DNA of 64,000 nucleotides from the IMG/VR virus record IMGVR_UViG_3300021185_002316. One strand, given 5' to 3'. Under the pieces are notes generated by a model. That model worked only from the letters and a program-made list of their open reading frames with translations, ran no database searches and had not been told where the DNA came from. This DNA comes from an uncultured virus (IMG/VR IMGVR_UViG_3300021185_002316) (lineage: Duplodnaviria > Heunggongvirae > Uroviricota > Caudoviricetes). Both the position numbers and the translations under genes were made by a program. Position 1 is the first letter of the stretch. The number at the start of each line of letters is the position of its first letter. Of this stretch, positions 9,686 through 18,000 are shown one piece after another.

Positions 9686-10043
9686 GTTATTAATATTTTT
9701 ACTACCTTTAACAGTTGCAGCTCAAGAGTTTGTTAGTTCTAGTTCATTTGAGTCTAAGACTGCAAAAGGAACAGTGGTAATTGAGTTCTGGGCTGAGTGG
9801 AACGCAGGTAATCAAGTAGATTTTTTACCCTCGTTAAAAGATTGCGAGTCATATAGGCTATGCATAGTTAAAGGAGCTGACGTTCAAAAAAAGTATAAAG
9901 TAACAGCTATACCTACAGTTATAATATTTGACAACGGTGTAGAACAAGAAAGGTTTAATCCTAACATAATGATGCAGCTTGTTGCTACTAAAAAGAAAGT
10001 ACAAAAATCAATAGATAACATAACCCTAAGTAAATTTCAGTAA
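9678..10043 (+). CDS. Exported thioredoxin-fold protein lacking CxxC
   Basis: Signal peptide ...TVAA|Q. VVIEFWAEWNAGN aligns to thioredoxin DFWAxWCxxC. The cis-Pro motif YKVTAIPTVIIFDNG is present. Confidence 0.75.
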   Translation: MNKLLIFLLPLTVAAQEFVSSSSFESKTAKGTVVIEFWAEWNAGNQVDFLPSLKDCESYRLCIVKGADVQKKYKVTAIPTVIIFDNGVEQERFNPNIMMQLVATKKKVQKSIDNITLSKFQ

Positions 10044-10645
10044 TGAACAAATTAAAATTAAACTTAAAAAGATTTCCTAAATCAAGCGTTGCATATATAA
10101 TGTTTTGGTTTCTTATGGTAGCTATGTATATAGTGGGCTTTATATTTTTATCTTTTAGTTCTAGAGCTCAAAACTTTGATAACTACAAAAAGATCGTAGT
10201 TACAGAGTCAGATATGATGGATGGTATGTTTTGGTCTATAGGTAATTGTGCCTTAGATACAGTAATATTTAACGGTACTACTACAGTAGACCAAATTGTT
10301 TATTTACCTAAACAATACAGAGTATTAATGCGTGACTTTAATGGTGACGCTTGGGGTGGTGCTGTTATGTATATAATAGATTATCCTGATTTAGATAGTG
10401 CTCTTACTTTAGAGTATAAACATCCTTCAGCTAGTGTTGTAGTACACGACTGTGGTTGCACAGACTCTACATACTTTGAGCAAAATCTTGAAGCGTTTGA
10501 GTTATCTGTACAAGAACTAAACAACGAGCCTTTTACCCCTACTACATACTACGATATGCTAGGTAGAGTAGTAACACCGACTAAAGGTATGTATATAGCA
10601 AGCGATGGTATAACACGTAAAAAAATATTTTTAATAAATAAATAA
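10043..10645 (+). CDS. Exported protein with T9SS (Por) C-terminal sorting-domain-like tail
   Basis: Hydrophobic N-terminus ending SSRA|Q; DFNGDAWGG and CGCTD motifs; C-terminal YYDMLGRVV...KGMYI....RKKIFLINK. Confidence 0.6.
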   Translation: MNKLKLNLKRFPKSSVAYIMFWFLMVAMYIVGFIFLSFSSRAQNFDNYKKIVVTESDMMDGMFWSIGNCALDTVIFNGTTTVDQIVYLPKQYRVLMRDFNGDAWGGAVMYIIDYPDLDSALTLEYKHPSASVVVHDCGCTDSTYFEQNLEAFELSVQELNNEPFTPTTYYDMLGRVVTPTKGMYIASDGITRKKIFLINK

Positions 10646-10653
10646 ATTAAATA

Positions 10654-11052
10654 ATGGCAACAGTTACAACAAAATTAACAATTACGTCTCAAGACTTAGT
10701 TTCAAATGCTTTAAGCATAGCTTTAACTACTAAAGCTACTGTAGCTCATACTACCGGGTTGGCGAGAGCGCCTATAACATCTACTTTAAAAACTACTGCT
10801 GCAGGGCAAGTAACTCTTTATACAGCTAACGACTTTTCGTCTGGAGCTTACATGTATATTAAAAATACAGATGTTACTTCTTTAGATTATATCTATATTT
10901 ATGCAGATACTTCTGCTGATGATCCTGTATTATTAAAATTAGCAGGTGGTGAGTTTGCATTTTTACCTATGAGTTCAGATACTACGTTAAAAGCATACAC
11001 AGCAACTAGTGGTACAATTGTAGAATGGATGGTATTTGGAACAGACGCATAA
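10654..11052 (+). CDS. Hypothetical beta-rich protein, probably virion-associated
   Basis: 132 aa, Thr/Ala-rich, YIKNTD and LAGGEFAFLP motifs; late-operon context. Confidence 0.6.
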   Translation: MATVTTKLTITSQDLVSNALSIALTTKATVAHTTGLARAPITSTLKTTAAGQVTLYTANDFSSGAYMYIKNTDVTSLDYIYIYADTSADDPVLLKLAGGEFAFLPMSSDTTLKAYTATSGTIVEWMVFGTDA

Positions 11053-11379
11053 ATGGATGAAGCTCTTGACATAAACGAGAACTCTAAAGTACAGTTAGAT
11101 GTAAAAAGTCTAATAGGTATTGTAGCTGGTATAGTTTCTCTTGCAGGTATATGGTTTACATTGCGAGCAGAGATTTCTCAGTTACAATTAGATGTAGTAC
11201 GCATGCAAGATAACGTAGAGCTTAACCACGAGTTTAGAGTTAAATGGCCTAGAGGTGAAATGGGTGCTTTACCTGATGACGCTAAGCAAGATTTAAAAAT
11301 AGAGTACCTACAAAAAGAAGTAGACTACTTACGTAAAGTAGTTAAAAATTTAGAAATTAAACAAGCAAAAACTGAGTAA
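11053..11379 (+). CDS. Single-TM coiled-coil membrane protein (paralog of 9407-9685)
   Basis: INENSKVQLDVKSL..TM..GIWFTLRAEI followed by a coiled coil; adjacent to the endolysin. Confidence 0.65.
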   Translation: MDEALDINENSKVQLDVKSLIGIVAGIVSLAGIWFTLRAEISQLQLDVVRMQDNVELNHEFRVKWPRGEMGALPDDAKQDLKIEYLQKEVDYLRKVVKNLEIKQAKTE

Positions 11380-11834
11380 TGAAATTAAGTAAAAACTTTG
11401 CGTTGTCTGAAATAACACACAGCAACACAGCTAAAAGATTAGGGATAGATAATGAGCCGACTGAAACGCACTTACAAAATATGCAGCATCTTGTGGACAA
11501 TCTTATACAGCCTCTTCGTGACTCTATTGGTCCTATCAGGATCAGTAGCGGTTATCGTAACCCGTCGCTCAATCGTGCTATTGGGGGCAGCGTTTCTTCG
11601 CAGCATTGCAAAGGTGAGGCATTGGACATCCAGTTTTGGCAGATGGGGAAGATGATGAACGAACTTATTTATGAGTGGATTTTAGATTCAGGTTTAGAGT
11701 TTGATCAGATGATAAATGAATTTGATTTTGCTTGGATACATATATCTTTAAAAGCTAAAGATAATAGAAAGCAAGTACTCGAAGCCTACAAAAATGAGGA
11801 TGGAGATACTAAATACAGATACGCAGACGTATGA
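11379..11834 (+). CDS. Endolysin, peptidase M15A family
   Basis: SSGYR..LN..IGG...SQH..GEALD and WIHIS zinc-binding motifs. Confidence 0.88.
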   Translation: MKLSKNFALSEITHSNTAKRLGIDNEPTETHLQNMQHLVDNLIQPLRDSIGPIRISSGYRNPSLNRAIGGSVSSQHCKGEALDIQFWQMGKMMNELIYEWILDSGLEFDQMINEFDFAWIHISLKAKDNRKQVLEAYKNEDGDTKYRYADV

Positions 11835-12217
11835 GTAAGTTATTAGATTTTTTAGGCGGTGGAGTAGTTAAGCAGGTCGGTGATGTGCTTGATAACTTAA
11901 CTACGTCTAAAGAAGAAAAACTAGAAGCTCAACGTAAGATACAGGAGGTTCTTATGCAGGCTGAGTCGCAGGCTCAAGAACAAGTAACTAAGCGTTGGGA
12001 GGCTGACATGAAATCTGATAACTGGCTTAGTAAAAATATTAGACCGTTGATATGTATATTTCTGACAGCTATGTTTGTTGTTATTTCACTTTTTGATGGA
12101 AACGCTGGTGGATTCCAAATTGCTCCAGCTTATATACCAATATATCAAACCTTATTAATAACTGTTTATGGAGCTTACTTTGCAGGAAGATCTATAGAAA
12201 AGATAAAGAAAAAATAA
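11831..12217 (+). CDS. Holin (3TM / GTA-holin-like)
   Basis: RWEADMKSDNWLSKNIRP, two TM helices, YFAGRSIEK; immediately downstream of the endolysin. Confidence 0.75.
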   Translation: MSKLLDFLGGGVVKQVGDVLDNLTTSKEEKLEAQRKIQEVLMQAESQAQEQVTKRWEADMKSDNWLSKNIRPLICIFLTAMFVVISLFDGNAGGFQIAPAYIPIYQTLLITVYGAYFAGRSIEKIKKK

Positions 12218-12939
12218 TGACATTAAACGAAATAGCATATAATCTATTAAATCTAGTGAGGGGTGGTAATTCTAATCAAGATGAAACTATCTCTATTGAG
12301 CAGATTAAATTTAATATAAAGCATTATCGTGCTATGTTTATTCGTAGAGATTTTGCAAAAAATAATGTTATATCTAGACATTCAGAGCAAGACTTAGGAT
12401 GTGTTGAACTTGAAAGAGTTAACGCTTCTCAATGCTGCAACTTACCTGTGACTTACTCAGTGTTTAGAAGTAAAACAAAAATACCTAAAACAGTAAGGTT
12501 AAATTTTAAAGAAGCCTTAACTTATATAGGAGATGTTACTGGAACTACTACAATACCGTTAGTAGATTCTCATAGTATACAGTGGCTTCCATACGATAAA
12601 TATACAAAAGGTAGGTATAAATCTTATATGATTGCAGATTATCTGTATATTTACAACGCAGATGGAATTGACACAGTTAATGTAAGAGGTATATTTGAAG
12701 ATCCAGATGAGGTTGCAAAGTACTCGCAATGTGGAGAGCAAGATCCTACAACAGGAGAATACTTTACCCCTTGCTATGATTCAGCAAAAGATCCATTTCC
12801 TATATCGATGGATATGATAAGTTTAATTAACCAAGGTATCACAAGCGGAGAGCTAACATTAATTACATCTACGTTTAATGATACCACTAACGATAGAGCG
12901 CAGGATAGGCCAACAGCTCCTGCACCTAATAATAACTAA
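12217..12939 (+). CDS. crAss-like tail ring / connector structural protein
   Basis: TLNEIAY...QIKFNIKHYRA...RGIFEDP...FPIS pattern, upstream of the IHF and tail-tube genes. Confidence 0.55.
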   Translation: MTLNEIAYNLLNLVRGGNSNQDETISIEQIKFNIKHYRAMFIRRDFAKNNVISRHSEQDLGCVELERVNASQCCNLPVTYSVFRSKTKIPKTVRLNFKEALTYIGDVTGTTTIPLVDSHSIQWLPYDKYTKGRYKSYMIADYLYIYNADGIDTVNVRGIFEDPDEVAKYSQCGEQDPTTGEYFTPCYDSAKDPFPISMDMISLINQGITSGELTLITSTFNDTTNDRAQDRPTAPAPNNN

Positions 12940-12954
12940 CTAAAATTTAAAACG

Positions 12955-13563
12955 ATGGCAAATAATAATTTTGACGATTTTTTACTAGATCCTTCTCACG
13001 ACGATTTAGATTCATTACACCAAGACTCAGAACGTCAACTGTATAAAAATGGTGGAACTCGAGCGGAAAGACGTATAAAAAGAAATCTTGAAAAAGGTAA
13101 TCTTGATAAAGCGGCTAGAATATCTAAAAGAAGCGGAAATCGTGCAGCTAAAAAAGCGTATAAAAAACAGGAAAAAGCTCGTAAGAACAAAGGTGTTGTA
13201 ACTAGAAAAGTAAGAAAAGGACCTTTAACTAAAGCAATTAACGATACTTCAGAGCTTTCTAAAAAACAAAAAGTGGGAATTAAAGTTTCTAATACTCCTA
13301 ACCTTAAAAAAACTACTAAGGCACAAGCAGCACCTTCAGGAGCTACTAATGCACCGGGTAAAACTAAAACTAAAAGAGGTACTGGAGTTACATACGCAGG
13401 TGCGTGGAGAGATAATAAGAACAACGTAAAGAGCAAGTACAAAACTTATAAAGAGTTTGAGACAGCAGCTAAAGCTTACAATAAAAAGAAGGATGCAGCT
13501 AAAGCTAAGTCTAAGTCTAGTAAGCCTAAAGTGAAAGTAGACAATATGAGTACAAGATCTTAA
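12955..13563 (+). CDS. Very basic Lys/Arg-rich protein, possible internal DNA-condensing protein
   Basis: Acidic N-terminal 27 aa, then YKNGG, then a K/R/A-rich low-complexity body. Confidence 0.6.
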   Translation: MANNNFDDFLLDPSHDDLDSLHQDSERQLYKNGGTRAERRIKRNLEKGNLDKAARISKRSGNRAAKKAYKKQEKARKNKGVVTRKVRKGPLTKAINDTSELSKKQKVGIKVSNTPNLKKTTKAQAAPSGATNAPGKTKTKRGTGVTYAGAWRDNKNNVKSKYKTYKEFETAAKAYNKKKDAAKAKSKSSKPKVKVDNMSTRS

Positions 13564-14039
13564 TGAGTTACACTCTTAGAGATATATATAAGGATTATGC
13601 AAAATCATGTAACAATCCTGTAGATAGTTTAACCTTTCGAGATATATGTTCAGATTTCAATATTGAAGTAATGGACTATATCTTGGATGGTAACTCTTTT
13701 AATATAGGGTTTAATCTATCAACCATTGCTATCACTAGACACGATAGAGACCCTCGCAACCCTAGAATAGATTGGGGAGAGAGCAACAAATACAGAAAAG
13801 AACTTATAGCTGAAGGTAAGAAAGTTTACGACGCAGTAACAGGAGAAGGAGAAGAGTGGTTTATATACCACACTGATTCTTTTTATTGTAAGTTTTATTG
13901 GAATAAAGGAAAATGTAAAGTAAAGAACAAATCCGTATACAGATTTGACGCTACTAGAGGAGTAAAAGGGAATAAAGATAAACTTATAGATCTTTTAAAG
14001 ACTGATGATTTAGCTTACTTACGATTTAAAAAGAAATAA
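13563..14039 (+). CDS. crAss-type IHF/HU-like DNA-binding protein
   Basis: FRDICSDFN..VMDYILDG.SF...FNLSTIAI..IDWGES..YCKFYW, in the conserved position upstream of the tail tubular gene. Confidence 0.6.
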   Translation: MSYTLRDIYKDYAKSCNNPVDSLTFRDICSDFNIEVMDYILDGNSFNIGFNLSTIAITRHDRDPRNPRIDWGESNKYRKELIAEGKKVYDAVTGEGEEWFIYHTDSFYCKFYWNKGKCKVKNKSVYRFDATRGVKGNKDKLIDLLKTDDLAYLRFKKK

Positions 14040-14040
14040 A

Positions 14041-14208
14041 ATGGCTAAAAATAAAAAAGGAAAAGAGCAAGGAGCAGACGGCAAAGCTTGCTGGGAAGGT
14101 TACAGATATAACGGCACTGTAAATGGTAAAGATAAATGTGTAAAAATAAATCGCTATGGTGGCTTTATTGAAGAGCCATCTGTGGTAAATTTAGATAAGT
14201 TAACGTAA
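14041..14208 (+). CDS. Small 55-aa protein with CWEGY...DKCVK motif (missing from the ORF track)
   Basis: ATG at 14041 gives MAKNKKGKEQGADGKACWEGYRYNGTVNGKDKCVKINRYGGFIEEPSVVNLDKLT*. It fills the gap exactly, and its TAA overlaps the next ATG (TAATG). Confidence 0.8.
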   Translation: MAKNKKGKEQGADGKACWEGYRYNGTVNGKDKCVKINRYGGFIEEPSVVNLDKLT

Positions 14209-15089
14209 TGGCTATATATAGAACAGAATCAAGTAAGATAATAATACGTAAAGTATTTAGAGATCTAAGACTTCAACATAGTAATTGGATTGACGATGCT
14301 ATAGAATGGATAGGAGAAGCTTTAGAGCATATAGGGTCAAGTACACAGCTTGTGACTAAGACGTGTGTATTACCTATAAAAGATCACAGACATTTTTTAC
14401 CTGCAGACCTGTATTATATAAATCAAGTTGCTGTAAACTCAGCCGTTACTGATAAGATTGATCAAGATCTTGACTCTTTAATTGCAACAGTTAAGCATCT
14501 AAATAAAACTATTGAAGACGCTAAAGAGCAAGGCATGAACTACGACAATACAGTTGCCACGCTTCAAGAGATTAATTCTCGAATAGTTGTTTTAGAAAAT
14601 GCTTATTTTGAAGATGTTACTAGTTTAGCTCCTTTACAATATGGAGCTAGTACGTTTCATGATAGTATACATTGTGAGAGCTGTGTAAATAGAAACGCAA
14701 AAAACGAAGATACATACATTATAGATAACGGTTATATAAAAACTTCTTTTACTACAGGAAAGATATGCCTTAGCTATACAGTATTTCCTACTGACGGAGA
14801 TAACTTCCCTTTAGTGCCTGCAGACATTAGTTTTAAAGAAGCTATGTTTTGGTATATCTATAAAAAATTATTATTGTCTATGCCTACATTAGTTAATAAC
14901 GGTATAGATTACGCTTTTGCTGAAGAGCAATGGAAGTACTATTGTACTCAAGCTCGTAACGCTGCTAACTATCCAGATATAGATAGATATGAATCGTTTA
15001 TGAATCAATGGGTAAGAATGATCCCATCTTTAAATAAACATGATTTAGGTTTTGAGCAATTAAATACTAGAGAAAACTTACTAAGGTAA
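14208..15089 (+). CDS. Tail tubular / ring protein (crAss Ttub, P22 gp4-like)
   Basis: DAIEWIGEAL..IG, LPADLY, YIKTSF..G.ICLSY, FPLVP, EAMFWYI, W..YC.QAR. Confidence 0.75.
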   Translation: MAIYRTESSKIIIRKVFRDLRLQHSNWIDDAIEWIGEALEHIGSSTQLVTKTCVLPIKDHRHFLPADLYYINQVAVNSAVTDKIDQDLDSLIATVKHLNKTIEDAKEQGMNYDNTVATLQEINSRIVVLENAYFEDVTSLAPLQYGASTFHDSIHCESCVNRNAKNEDTYIIDNGYIKTSFTTGKICLSYTVFPTDGDNFPLVPADISFKEAMFWYIYKKLLLSMPTLVNNGIDYAFAEEQWKYYCTQARNAANYPDIDRYESFMNQWVRMIPSLNKHDLGFEQLNTRENLLR

Positions 15090-18000
15090 TGACGGAAAAA
15101 AGATTTTTAAAAGGACTATTTAAAGATACAGGGCAATTAGATCAACCTGAAAGTACGTGGAGATACGCGTTAAACGCCGTATTAAATACACAAAAAGGGG
15201 CAATATCTAATGAAGCTGGAGCTGAATATGTGGCTAAGATAGACCCAGATTTTAAAGCAATAGGAGCTATAGAAATTTCAGACGGTAGGGTAGTTTTATT
15301 TTTAAAAAACTTGACTGATAAGCAAGCAATGATAGTGCTGCTTAATAATAATATAGTTACAGTTTTGTTTCAACCTTCTCTTTTGTTTGATTTAAATTTT
15401 AATACATCTTATCCAATTGAGGGTACGTTTAAAATTGACTCTAAAGGGGATCTTGTTGTATATTGGGTAGATGATTTAAATCCACCTAGGGCGTTTAATG
15501 TTTCTAGACAACAAAGATCGTTATCTGAAGGTGGTGGAATGTTTAATCGTTTATATGGGTTAAATGCTCAATCTTTTCAAAATCAGTTTGATGTTACGTC
15601 GCATTTAGATATTTTAAATCTTTTTCCAAGCTCTGGACCTGTCCCTAAAATTAATATAAGTACTGATCCTTTAGATCCTACAATCAAAGAAGGTGGAGGA
15701 TTATTAACTGGTGTATACTATTTAGCGCTTGCGTACGTAGATGAAGATTTAGTAGCAACTAATTATTTGTCTATATCAGATCCTATTTCTATTGTAGAAG
15801 AATTCCAATTCACTAAGCCTACAACTAAAGTAGATGGAGCTAAAGCAGGGAGTCAAACTTCTAAATCAATTACCTGGGTAATAGATAATTTAAATCCTGA
15901 TTATAAGTATATTAGACCTATTGTTATACGTAAATTAGGCACAGCAGTTGATGCTTTTAAACTTAATGATGTAGCAAATATACCTTACGCTACAACAATC
16001 GTTTCTAAAAAAATTACTTTTTCTGGTGTAGAAGGAGTGTCTAGCGCTGCTGTAGCGGATGTTATAATAGACACAGTAGGCTACGAATCAGCTAAAACAA
16101 TTAATCAATTAGATAATGTTTTATATTTAGGAAACGTTACAAGTAATAAGGATGTAGGATTTCAAAAATACGCAAACGCAATACAAGTTGAATCTACAAT
16201 TGAACCTATTGCACATTTTGACCCATTTTATGCAAGTCAAGATAATCTTGAAACTGGTTTTGCTACATCAGCTATTGATGGAGGTTATGATATAGATGCT
16301 TCAAAATCTTATAGAAACTATATACTTAACTCTAAATATAGAGGGTATATGCGTGATGAAACGTATGCATTTTATGTGGCATTCATTCTAAAGGATGGAT
16401 CAATGTCTTATGCGTATCACATACCAGGGAGAGAAAATTTATATATTTCAGAAAAAACATCATTATCTGCAGGAGGTGATATGAATGAAACGCATATGTC
16501 TGCTTTAGGTCCGCATTCTAAAAAGTTTCATTTACTTGATAGTAGTAGTCCGTCGTTTTTAGTAGATAATTTTTACGAAAACAGAATAAGCGAACCAAAA
16601 CAGCAAATGAATTACTGGGAAAATTCTACAGAGTTATATCCAGACACAGAAAATTATGATATTTTTCATATAAAGTCCAACGGCACAAGCTCAAATGGTA
16701 CCGAAATTGAACCTAGCATTGCATTAAACAAAACATTAAGAAGTGAAAATGTACGTCACCACCACTTCCCATCTAATGATAATTATTTTAGAAGAAGTAT
16801 AAATGCTGGGCATTTAGGTAGTTCATCTATAGCTACGGCAAGTACTTCTAATTATGCAAATAATGTAGATTGGTCAGGTACAGTTAAGTTTTATAGAAGT
16901 GACAGCAATACAAGTTCATACGGAAATGTAGCAGGGGCAGCTAACATTCTAGCAATACATAACAATACAAAATATACAGGAGATCAAATGAGTGCGGCTT
17001 TATCTGCTGGATGGAGCCCTCCATTGCTATTTCAATCGGCAGGCTTAAGTAACATGATTAATGCTAACTTAGTAGGAGAAGATTTTTATAGAGAAGAAAG
17101 CACTGCAATAACAAATGCTAACAACGTTGGGACGGTCACAATTAATAACGGGGTGTACAATGGAGGTACAGGTATATTTGTAGCAGATCAAGCTATGACT
17201 ATCTCAAACATGAAATTTAAAGTTTGGTGGTTTAGAGCCGAATCTAACTTTACAACCATGAAAACAAGAGTTGTTATAGAGACGGCTAACAATGAAAGAT
17301 ATTATACTATACCGGATAATAATATTACAAATGATGATTGGGGAGTTTCTGGATACAACACATTTGCTGGTGTAAATCATTGGGATTATAATTATAAAAA
17401 TAACATTAACGAGATGTACCCGGAAGCCACAAGTTCAAACGGAACCGTATCTGGTACAGCAGTTCCTATTACTTTAGGGATAGGAGATAAAATGTGGGTT
17501 GAAGGTAGAGCTTTTATAGGGCATGACCCTGATAAAGGTATACGTCAGGCAGGTACAACAGAAAGTGATGGGCCACAACAGCCTTCTGGCTCGGATAATT
17601 ACTGGCAATTTGATATTGATACGACTCCTACTAGTGAGTATGATACAGCTGGCTATGACGCTACAATTTCGCACAATGTGCAAGCGTTAGGGTTTCACTT
17701 AAATAATTTTAAAATACCTAAAAGTATAGCAGACAAAGTCCAAGGGTTTAGAGTTTATAGAGCTAAAAGAAATCATGCAAATAAAACTATTCTAGGGCAA
17801 GATATATTACTACCTATGCCTGAGTTAACTACAGCTATAGGAGCTTGCTCTGAAGCTAGTACAGGAGCAGATAGCATTTTAGAAAGTCTTAGTGGGCAGC
17901 CAGAGCTATTCCACAAAAAAGAGCCATGGCCAGGACCTGCAAGTAATTACCCTGATGGATACAATCATTTTAGTTTCCACGACTTTAATCTTCTTAGAAC

